Below are positions 38,101 through 50,100 of a stretch of 64,000 nt of DNA, piece by piece. The DNA lies in NCBI RefSeq assembly GCF_035084215.1, contig NC_090338.1, positions 15,314,001 to 15,378,000 of the forward strand. The letters run 5' to 3'. Position numbers and translations under genes: made by a program. The notes beneath the pieces are model-generated. The model was not told the DNA's origin and did not search any database. It was given only the letters and a program-made list of their open reading frames with translations. Source of the DNA: Heptranchias perlo. Its lineage: Eukaryota. Each line of letters opens with the position of its first letter. Position 1 is the first letter of the stretch.

Positions 38101-41100
38101 CCAGGTATGTCCTGTCCACAAAAAGCAGGACAAATTCAATCCGGCCAATTACCGCCCCATCAGTCTACTCTCAATCATCAGTAAAGTGATGGGAGGTGTC
38201 ATCGACAGTGCTGCCAAGTGGCACTTACTCACCAATAACCTGCTTACCAATGCTCAGTTTGGGTTCCGCCATGACCATTTGGCTCCAGACCTCATTACAG
38301 CCTTGGTCCAAACATGGACAAAAGAGCTGAATTTCACAGGTGAGGTGAGAGTGACTGCCTTTGACATCAAGGCAGTATTTGACCGAGTGTGGCACCAAGG
38401 AGCCCTAGTAAAATTGAAGTCAATAGGAATCAGGGGGAAAACTCTACAGGGGCTGGAATCATACCTAGCACAAAGGAAGATGGTAGTGGTTGTTGGAGGC
38501 CAATCATCTCAGCCCCAGGACATTGCTGCAGGAGTTCCTCAGGGCAGTGTCCTAGGCCCAACCATCTTCAGCTGCTTCATCAATGACCTTCCCTCCATCA
38601 TAAGGTCAGAAATGGGGATGCTCGCTGATGATTGCACAATGTTCAGTTCCATTCGGAACCCCTCAGATAATGAAGCAGTTTGTGCCCGCATACAACAAGA
38701 CCTGGACAACATCCAGGCTTGGGCTGATATGTGGCAAGTAACATTCACGCCAGACAAGTGCCAGGCAATGACATTCTCCAACAAGAGAGTGTCCAACCAC
38801 TTCCCTTGACATTCAACAGCATTACCATCGTCAAATCCCCCACCATCAACATCCTGGGGGTCACCATTGACCAGAAACTTAACTAGACCAGCCACATAAA
38901 TACTGTGGCTACAAGAGCAGGTCAGAGGCTGGGTACTCACCTCCTGACTCCCCAAAGCCTTTCCACCATCAACAAGGCACAAGTCAGGAGTGTGATGGAA
39001 TACTCTCCACTTGCCTGGATGAGTGCAGCTCCAACAACACTCAAGAAGCTCAACACCAGGACAAAGTAACCCGCCTGATTGGCACCCCTTCCACCAACCT
39101 AAACATTCACTCTCTTCACCACTGGCACACCGTGGCTGCAGTGTGTACCTTCCACAGGATGCCCTGCAGCAACTCACCAAGGCTTCTTCGACAGCACCTC
39201 CCAAACCCGCGACCTCCATCACCTAGAAGGACAAGAGCAGCGGGCACATGGGAACAACACTACCTGCACGTTCCCCTTCAAGTCACCCACCATCCCGACT
39301 TGGAAATATATCGCCGTTCCTTCATCGTCGCTGGGTCAAAATCCTGGAACTCCCTGCCTAACAGCACTGTGGGAGAACCTTCACTACACGGACTGCAGCG
39401 GTTCAAGAAGGCAGCTCACCACCACCTCCTCAAGGGCAATTAGTAATTGGCAATAAATGCTGACCTTGCCAATGATGCCCAGATCCCATGAACGAATAAA
39501 AAAAAATTGCCAGAAGGAATTCTGGCTTCCTGAAGCGCGTGCATCCAGATGCGTCTGGGTCGAACTCGAAAGTTGGTTGCCTGGAGCCAGGATTTATTCC
39601 TGCTCCGAAAAATATTGATTTGCTCTGCCCCCCACCCCCGTCCCCAACCCACCCGATCTTGGGGGCTAAAATCATGCCCTAGCATGATTAAGAATGAAGA
39701 CAAGCGATTTCAACGCTGCCTCAGCGTGTTTCCCGCGCTGTGTGAAACACGTCATAGTGAACGAGTCGTGTTTCAGCCAGCAGCCATTTGGACATTTAAA
39801 TGCCTGTTTGACAGATGGGGATAAAAGGTGAGTTATTGCAGTCGGGCACTCAGTTCTCTCAGACAAACTTTAGGCTGGAAGATCTTTGTGTTTAGACTGA
39901 AAATTCTTGGTTTCCACTCAGAATTGTTCTGTTTACACATATTTACCTCACCAGTTTTATTACCCAGCATTATCATTCCTCACCTTGATGAACACAAAAA
40001 TGAAAAATATAATAACAATGAAAAAAATTGCAATACCAAGCTTCATTACCTGGTGCTTTTTTCCGAAAAGCGACAGATGCGTAATGAATATCTTCTCTTT
40101 CTGTGTCTGCAGAGAATAAGAAAGAAATAAAGAGTTTGCATCTCTATATAGAGTTCCTTAACATAATCCAATGCACTTTCAATAATGCAGTACTCCCCTT
40201 GAAGTGTCACTCTGGAGTATGTGCTCAAGTCCTGAAGTGAGGCTTGAACACACAACATTCTGTCTCTGAAGTGACGGTGCTACCAAGTGAGCCAAGTTGA
40301 CTCATGAATTAGAGCATCAACATCACAGATCAGTTGCTGCAGATTTACTAAACAATGTCAATTAAAAACATAGCTCGCTGATCCGATTATCTTTTCCAAT
40401 TTTCTTCTCTTTTCTCTCACCTCTCTTGACTCTCACTCGGTTATGGTTCCACAAGTACTGACAGTCCTCCAGTATATAACTCAAATGTTCTTCATGTGTG
40501 AGCCTGGATATTAAGGGCTCGATTTTAAAACGGAACTGCGGGAATGTTGGGGGCGGGGGTGGGGGCGAAGAAAAACACGATTTCCGGGAGCGAGGGAGAA
40601 ATCCCAGCTCCAACATGCCTAATAAGGTGCACGACCCAGAGTCATCTGGGTGTGTGCACCAATCCCGAACCCGGAAGTCCCTCCGGCAATTAAAGCCGAG
40701 GTATTTGAAGTACTTGAAATGTACATGAATCTAATTAAGAATGAAGACAAGCGATTTCAACGCTGCCTCAGCGTGTTTCCCGCGCTGTGTGAAACACGTC
40801 ATAGTGAACGAGTCGTGTTTCAGCCGGCAGCCATTTGGACATTTAAATGCCTGTTTGACAGATGGGGATAAAAGGTGAGTTATTGCAGTCGGGCACTCAG
40901 TTCTCTCAGACAAACTTTAGGCTGGAAGATCTTTGTGTTTAGACTGAAAATTCTTGGTTTCCACTCAGAATTGTTCTGTTTACACATATTTACCTCACCA
41001 GTTTTATTACCCAGCATTATCATTCCTCACCTTGATGAACACAAAAATGAAAAATATAATAACAATGAAAAAAATTGCAATACCAAGCTTCATTACCTGG

Positions 41101-44100
41101 TGCTTTTTTCCGAAAAGCGACAGATGCGTAATGAATATCTTCTCTTTCTGTGTCTGCAGAGAATAAGATAGAAATAAAGAGTTTGCATCTCTATATAGAG
41201 TTCCTTAACATAATCCAATGCACTTAACATCCAATGAATTACTTTTAAAATGGAAGTACTGTTGTCAGGTAAACAAACACAGAATTCAAGGTTCCAAAAG
41301 CATTAAATAAGATAACAACTCGTTAACTTCTTGTGGTGGTCTTGGTTGAGGGAAGAATATAAATCAGGACAACTCCCTGCTCTCCAATTATACAATGATA
41401 TTTTTAACATGCACCTAAACAGGTCTCAACTGAAAGACGGCACTTTCAATAATGCAGTACTCCCCTTGAAGTGTCACTCTAGAGTATGTGCTCAAGTCCT
41501 GAAGTGAGGCTTGAACACACAACATTCTGTCTCTGAAGTGACGGTGCTACCAAGTGAGCCAAGTTGACTCATGAATTAGAGCATCAACATCACAGATCAG
41601 TTGCTGCAGATTTACTAAACAATGTCAATTAAAAACATAGCTCGCTGATCCGATTATCTTTTCCAATTTCCTTCTCTTTTCTCTCACCTCTCTTGACTCT
41701 CACTCGGTTATGGTTCCACAAGTACTGACAGTCCTCCAGTATATAACTCAAATGTTCTTCATGTGTGAGCCTGGATATTAAGGGCTCGATTTTAAAACGG
41801 AACTGCGGGAATGTTGGGGGCGGGGGTGGGGGCGAAGAAAATCACGATTTCCAGGAGCGAGGGAGAAATCCCAGCTCCAACATGCCTAATTGGTGCACAC
41901 ACCCAGAGTCATCTGGGTGTGTGCACCAATCCTGAACCCGGAAGTCCCTCCGGCAATTAAAGCCGAGGTATTTGAAGTACTTGAAATGTACATGAATCTA
42001 ATTAAGAATGAAGACAAGCGATTTCAACGCTGCCTCAGCGTGTTTCCCGCGCTGTGTGAAACACGTCATAGTGAACGAGTCGTGTTTCAGCCGGCAGCCA
42101 TTTGGACATTTAAATGCCTGTTTGACAGATGGGGATAAAAGGTGAGTTATTGCAGTCGGGCACTCAGTTCTCTCAGACAAACTTTAGGCTGGAAGATCTT
42201 TGTGTTTAGACTGAAAATTCTTGGTTTCCACTCAGAATTGTTCTGTTTACACATATTTACCAACTTTTTGGACCCCTCAAACTGACACCATCAGGATGGG
42301 GGGCCGTGATGGCTGCATTCACCAGTACACCCGAGGACGAGCAACATCACCATCCTCACCAGGCACGGTGTGCACTTCCGCCACTTGCAGTTCCACAACA
42401 CAGTGCTGCGTCACAAGGACCCGCACAAGACCACAGAGGGGAACAACAGAGGGAGCGACATTGCAGGAGACACTACCCTCGTCAGAGGGTCTACAGACTG
42501 AGGCTCAGATTCCTGGACCTCTCTGAGGAGCAGTGCATACAGAGGCTGAGAGTGAGTCGCCAGGTGGTCGCAGACATCTGCAGCCTCCTTCATGCCGAGC
42601 TGCTCCCGGCTGGGCCTGGTGGCATCTCATTACCCATCGCAGTTAAACTGATCACTGCCCTTAACTTCTTCGCCTCCGGATCATTCCAGGGTGCCACCGG
42701 TGGTATCGCTGGGGTTTCTCAGTCATCTGCACACAAGTGTTTAAATGTTACCTTGCATTTGCTGTATTTCATTAGCATTTGAATAAAGCTGAGATGCATC
42801 TTCTCTACTTTCCCTTGGCTGCAGAGGTTTCTGTCTTTGATTTTCCAAACCTGTTCATACAGAGGTCACCTATTAAGATGCATTCAACTTTCCTCATAAC
42901 TTTCACACATTCTAATAAACAAACTCAGTTTTAAAATGGTCCATTAGCACAGATATTTTTTTCAAGTATGAAAGACATTGTGACAAGATATTATGGATAT
43001 CTCTGTATACACTAGATACAGACTTCGCGAGGCATTGCTGACCAACTTATTTACTTGTTGTTGAAGATTGTGGATTCAAGCCCCAGTTTAGGACATGAGC
43101 ACATAATCGAGGCTGATACTTTAGTGCAATACTGAGGGAGTGCTGCACTGTCAGAGGTGAATGGGATATTAAACCGAGACTCTGTCTGCCTGTTCAGTTG
43201 GATGTAAAGCATCAAAGTGCACAGAGTGCTTCCAGTGTCCTGGCCAAAATTTCTCCGTCAGCCAACACCACCAAAATACAGACCAAGTGATCATTCATCT
43301 CATTTGCTGTTGTGGGAGCTTCATTAGTTCAAATTGATTGCTATGTTTGCCTAGATAACAGCAGTAACTACACTTCAAAAGTAATTTGTGAAATGCTGTA
43401 GGACATCTTGAGGACATGATAGTGCCTTGCAGGACTAGTGATCCAGAGGCTTGGACTAATAATCCAGTAGAACGTGAGTTCAAATCCCACCATGGCAGTT
43501 TGAGAATTTGAATTCAGTTTAAAAAGAAAATCTAAAAAGAAATAGCTGGTATCAGTAAAAGTGGCCATGAAGCTATCGGATATCAGTTAAAGGCCTGTTC
43601 ACTAGTGTCCTTCAGAGAAGGAAACCTGCCTTCTTTAGCCGGTCTGGCCTACATGTGACTCCAGTCCTGCACCAATGTGGTTGACTCTTAACTGGCCTCT
43701 AAAGTGGTCTAGCAAGTCACTCATTTGTATTATAGGCAACTAGGGATGGGCAATAAATGCCGGTCTTGCCAGCGACCCCCACATCCTGAGCATTTTTTAA
43801 AAATGTGATGCTGAATAAATGGAAGCTCTCTCCTTTACTTCACATGTGATCACATGTCTTATTTTCCTTCCCCAATTTTCCCCGATTATCGGGGTACAGT
43901 TCCATGGGCAATGGCAGACTACTGCTACCTCATGCAAATGGCCATGTGGGTATGGACGGTGTGCATAGTTGGATTACTCATCTGTAGACACCAGCACATT
44001 TGAGTCTAATTGTGTCCTCATTAAATGTTATTATACTTGCACATCTAACAATCAGAGGCACTTCTCTTCCCGAGGAGGGCAGGAGATGGGAGAAACTAAT

Positions 44101-47100
44101 CTAGTGATATACCTCCAGCCAAGCATTGACTGAAAACTTTGGGCTGGATATTGCTGTGAGCAGTGAACGCATGGCGCCAGCCGTTCATTAGACTTGCACT
44201 TGCCCATAGACTTTCTATGGGGTTTTGCACGGCAAATTACTGTCAGTGGGACAGCCAAACAGCGCGGCGCCCTCTATAGGGCATCTGGGATCTGTGTGAA
44301 CAGAGTAAGCAACTGTGTATCTCCTTAACCAGTCAGATTAAAGAATCGCTAATAACAGCACAGTCACAACCAGGAAGTGTAAGTTAGAATAGTGAATTCA
44401 ATGTCAAATCAGGTACAGAAAGTGAAATAAAGAGAGGGAAAGAAAGATTGAATTAAGAGACAGAAAGAAAAGAGGCAGAAAGAAAAAGTAAAATAAAAAT
44501 TATTAATTTTCTAAACTGTCCAAACAATAATTAAAATCTGAAGGAATGATACTCCACACTTGTAAAAGGTAATTTTCAGTGCCAGAGAGGTTGTTTGGCA
44601 GTAACTAAGACTTATCATGCGTTAAAATGGTGCTTAAACTAACATTGTAACCTTTACTGTGCCCAGTCGGGAAAGCCTCGATTTTAAAATTCTCATCCTT
44701 GATTACAAACTCCCAATGGCCTCGCCCCTCCCTATCTTTGTAACCTCCTCAAGACCAACAACAACTACAACTACTCATAGAATCATAGAAAGGTTACAGC
44801 GCTGAAGGAGGCTATTTGGCCCATCAAGTCCGTGCCAGCTCTATGCAAGAGCAATCCAGCTGGTCCCACTCCTCCACCCTACCCCTGTAGCACTGCAGTT
44901 TTTTTCCTTTCATGTGCTTGTCTAATTCCCTTTTAAAAGCCATGCTTGAATCTGCCTCCACCACCCCCTATGGCAGTACATTCCAGATCGCAACCACTCG
45001 CTGTGTAAAAAGTTTTTCCTCATGTCACCTTTGGTTCTTTTGCCAATCACCTTACATCTATGTCCTCTGGTTCTTGATCCTTCCGCCAATGGGAACAATT
45101 TCTCTCTATCTACTTTGTCTAGACCCTTCATGATTTTGAATACCTCTATCAAATCTCCTCTCAAACTTTTCTGTTCCAAGGAGAACAACCCCAGCTTCTC
45201 CAGTCTATCCATGTAACTAAAGTCCCTCATCCCTAGCATCATTCCACTAAATCCCTTTTGCACCCTCTCTAAGGCCTTCACATCTTTCCTAAAGTGCGGA
45301 ACCCAGAACTGGCCGAACCAGTGTTTTATAAAGGTTCATCGTGACTTCCTTGCTTTTGTACTCCATGCCTCTATTTATAAAGCCCAAGATCCTGTATGCT
45401 TTTTTAAGCGCTTTCTCAACCTGCCCTGCCACCTTCAACGATTTGTGTACATATACCCCAGGTCTCTGTGTTCCTGCACCCCTTTTAGAATTTGTGCCCT
45501 TTAGTTTATATCGCCTCCCCTTATTCTTCCTATCAAAATGTATCACTTTGTATTTTTCTGTGTTAAATTTAATCTGCCACGTGTCCGCCCATGCCACCAG
45601 CCTGTCTATATCCTCTTGAAGTCTATCACTATCCTCCTCACTGTTCACTATACTTCCAAGTTTTGATCATCGGCAAATTTGGAAATTGTGCCCTGTACAC
45701 CCAAATCCAAGTCATTAATATATATCAAGAAAAGCAGTGTTCCTAGTACCGACCCCTGGAGAACACCACTGAACACCTCCCTCTAGTCTGAAAAACAAGC
45801 GTACACCACTACTCTCTGTTTCCTGTCACTTAACCAATTCTGTATCCATGTTGCTACCACCCCCTTTATTCCATGGGCTTCAATTTTGATGACAAGCCTA
45901 TTATGAGGCACTTTACCAAATGCCTTTTGAAAGTCCATATCCACCACATCAACTGCATTGCCCTCATCGACCCTCTCTGTTACCTCATCAAAAAACTCTA
46001 TCAGGTTAATTAAACACGATTTGACTTTAACAAATCCAAGCTGGCTTTCCCTAATCAATCCACACTTGTCCAAGTGACTGCTAATTCTGGATTATTGTTT
46101 CTAAATGTTTCCCCACCACCGAGATTAAACTGTCTGGCCTGTAGTTGCTGGGTTTATCCTTACACCCTTTATATAGCACCCTTAATGTAGTAAACATCGC
46201 AAGGCTCTTCACGGGAGTAAACAAAATTTGACACTGCGCCACATAAGGGCACAAAGAGATGAGTTTTAAGGAGCGTCTTCAAGAAGGAGAGAGAGGTAGG
46301 GAGGTTTGTGGAGAGAATTCCAGAGCTTAGGGCCTAGGCAGCTGAAGGCACGGCCGCCAGTAGTGAGCGATTAATATTGGGGATGGGCAAGAGGCAAGAA
46401 TTGGAGGAGCGCAGGGATCCCGGAGGGTTGTAGAGCTGGAGAAGGTTACAGAGATAAGGAGGGGCGAGACCATGGAGGGATTTGAAAACAAAGATGAGAA
46501 TTTTAAAATCGAGGTGTGACCAGGAGCCAATGTAAGTCAGCATGCACAGGGGTGACAGAAGAATGGGACTTGGTGCGAGTTAGGATACGGGCAGTAGAGT
46601 ATGGATGAGCTTAAGTTTATGGAGGGTGGAAGATGGAAGGCCGGCCAGGAGGGCATTAAAATAGTCAAGTATAGAGGTAACAGAGGCATGGGTGAGGGTT
46701 TCAGCAGCAGATGAGCTGAGGCAGGCGATGTTACGGAGGTGAAAGTAGATGGTCTTGGTGATGGAGCGCATATGTGGTCGGAAGCTCATCTTAGGGTCAT
46801 TACGAATGCCAAGATTGCGAACGGTCTGGTTTAGCCTCAGACAGTGACGAGGGAAATTCTGGCCTCTTGCACATCCACGATTTTCATTGCACCATTATGC
46901 TTACAGATGCCTAGGCCCTAAGCTCTGGTATTCCATCCCTAAACCTCTCTGCCTCTGTAAATCTCTCTCCTCCTTTAAGACACTCCTTAAAATCTACCTC
47001 TTTGACCAAGCATTTGTTCACTTGTCCTAATATCTCTTTATGTAGCTCCATGTCAAAGTTTGTTTGATAACGTTCCTGTGAAGCATCTTGGGATGATTTA

Positions 47101-50100
47101 CTACGTTAAAGGCGCTATATAAATGCAAATTGTTGTTGTTGTTGTTGATTTTTGACCAATTGCATAGCCTAGTATAGAACTCACATCATTCTAGCAGTTC
47201 AGGAACCAATGCCTTTCTAGAATGTTTGACACGTAGAAAACAAACACATCTATTTATCTAATCCTAGTGGATTATATCATTTAATTTTAAACAAAGATAT
47301 AATTGTCATTCCTAATTTTTGGAATCATGTGCCACATTCACATTTTCTTACATGGATGAAACCTGAAATTAGTTGCAGCAATTTACAAATCTTACCTGCT
47401 GCCTTGAACTTTCTTAAACACAGCACCACTACCAGGATAATGATGAGGAGAAGAGCCAGACTCCCAAAAATAACAACATTGGTATGTTTAAAAGTGTAAC
47501 CATCTGTCAGAAGAATAAAAATAGATTTTCCATTTAGTTTACAGGTTAATTTTTTTTAAGCTCCCCTAATGACCCATTGGATAAAATTGCTGTCTGATTT
47601 ACCACCAAACTGTACAGACCAGAAGGTCTTAGGTTTAATTCCTGATCCAAGTTAACTGACCTCACTCAGGATCGTCGGAGTGCTACAATTATCCTCATTG
47701 CTCGTCAGTTAATGACAGGTAAAAAAATCACACAGGGCTCTCATTCCCAGTTACAATCTAGTGATTCCTTCTGGAAAAGAGATGTGTGCAAATGACTGGT
47801 AAGAAAAGGATGCGATTCAGCTGTGATGCTTCCACTGTACAATAGGTCAACGATACTCATTGTCTAGGCTTATACTTGAATAATTCCATTTGAATGAGAA
47901 CTCACTCAATGGGGTAGATCTTGACTTTGTGCGATAGTGTAAAACGGGTGGAAATAAAAATGGGGAGAGATGTAAAACAGGCTGCCGACTCGTTATCACC
48001 CGTGTTTTTTCTTTTTTTATTTGTTCATGGGATGTCGTCGTCGCTGGCGAGGCCAACATTTATTGCCCATCCCTAATTGCCCTTGAGAAGGTGGTGGTGA
48101 GTCGCCTTCTTGAACCGCTGCAGTCCGTGTGGTGAAGGTTCTTCCACAGTGCTGTTAGGAAGGGAGTTCCATGATTTTGACCCAGTGATGATGAAGGAAC
48201 AGCGGTATATTTCCAAGTTGGGATGGTGTGTGACTTGAAGGGGAACGTGCAGGTGGTGTTGTTCCCATGTGCCTGCTGCTCTTGTCCTTCTAGGTGGTAG
48301 AGGTCGTGGATTTGGGAGGTGCTGTCGAAGAAGCCTTGGCGAGTTGCTGCAGTGCATCCTGTGGATAGTACACACTGCAGCGAATGTGCGCCGGTGGTGA
48401 AGGGAGTGAATGTTTAGGGTGGTGGATGGGGTGCCAATCAAGCGGGCTGCTTTGTCCTGGATGGTGTTGAGCTTCTTGGGTGTTGTTGGAGCTGCACTCA
48501 TCCAGGCAAGTGGAGACTATTCCATCACACTCCTGACTTGTGCCTTGTAGATGGTAGAAAGGCTTTGGGGAGCCAGGAGGTGAGTCACTCGCCGCAGAAT
48601 ACTCAGCCTCTGACCTGCTCTGTTAGCCACAGTATTTATATGGCTGGTCCAGTTAAGTTTCTGGTCAATGGTAACCCCCAGGATGTTGATGGTGTGGGAT
48701 TCGGCGATGGTAATGCTGTTGAATGTCAAGGCAAGGTGGTTAGACTCTCTCTTGTTGGAGATGGTCATTGCCTGGCACTTGTCTGGAGCGAATGTTACTT
48801 GCCACTTATCAGCCCAAGCCTAGATGTTGCCAGGTCTTGCTGCATGCGGGCTCGGACTGCTTCATTATTTGAGGGGTTGTGAATGGAACTGAACACTGTG
48901 CAATCATTAGCGAACAGTCCCATTTCTGGCCTTATGATGGAGGGAAGGTCATTGATGAAGCAGCTGAAGATGGTTGGGCCTAGGACACTGCCCTGAGGAA
49001 CTCCTGCAGCAATGTCCTGGGACTGAGATGATTGGCCTCCAACAACCACTACCATCTTCCTTTGTGCTAGGTATGACTGCAGCCACTGGAGAGTTTTTCC
49101 CCTGATTCCCATTGACTTCAATTTTACTAGGGCTCCTTGGTGCCACACTCGGTCAAATGCTGCCTTGATGTCAAAGGCAGTCACTCTCACCTCACCTCTG
49201 GAATTCAGCTCTTTTGTCCATATTTGGACCAAGGCTGTAATGAGGCCTGGAGCCAAGTGGTCCTGGCGGAACCCAAACTGAGCATCGGTGAGCAGGTTAT
49301 TGGTGAATAAGTGCCGCTTGATAGCACTGTTGATGACACCTTCCATCACTTTGCTGATGATTGAGAGTAGACTGATGGGGCGGTAATTGGCTGGATTGAA
49401 TTTGTCCTGCTTTTTGTGGACAGGACATACCTGGGCAATTTTCCATATTGTCGGGTAGATGCCAGTGTTGTAGCTGTACTGGAACAGTTTGGCTAGAGAC
49501 GCAGCTAGTGCTGGAGCACAAGTCTTCAGCACTACAGCCGGGATGTTGTCGGGGCCCATAGCCTTTGTTTTATCCAGTGCACTCAGCCGTTTCTTAATAT
49601 CACGTGGAGTGAATCGATTTGGCTGAAGACTGGCTTCTGTGATGGTGGGGATATCGGGAGGAGGCCGAGATGGATCATCCACTCGGCACTTCTGGCTGAA
49701 GATGGTTGCAAATGCTTCAGCATTGTCTTTTGCACTCACGTTTTACACTGTTGCACAAAGTCAAGATCTATCCCAACATGGGAGGAGACGAGGAAAAAGG
49801 AGAAAACTGGCAGAGAATTAGCAACAAAAATTGGTACAGTATCTTTCTGGCCATAATATTTAGCAAAAATTAATCCTTGACAATACAACCTAAGTAATGA
49901 CACCACAACGCATATTAGAGCAACAAGACACTACCATGGAATGAGTTTGTGGTCATGATGTGCCACAAACTAAATGTCCAATCTCAGTCAGGGTTTCAGA
50001 AGGAGGTTGGAAAAGTATGGTGAGCGTTCCCCTGGGAGGGAGAAAAAATACAGCGACAACAACTCTCCTCATACTTTTCTCATGCACCTCCCTGTGGCAG

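Larger units (their letters stand above)
39687..42260. repeat. Local tandem duplication: units start at 39687, 40734 and 42001 (periods 1047 and 1267 bp); the two full units each carry the ITIM exon
   Basis: ATTAAGAATGAAGACAAGCG occurs three times; duplicated ORFs in the track; unit A lacks 220 bp present in unit B, with GCACTT microhomology at the breakpoints. Confidence 0.95.

Noticed and set aside
38539-39222. 227-aa minus-strand ORF and similar antisense ORFs over LINEs
   Set aside because: Shadow frames of the LINE ORF on the opposite strand.
40415-40505. Candidate extra tail exon ending at a gtgaga donor (also at ~41685-41775)
   Set aside because: Both plausible acceptors give an in-frame stop in phase 1.
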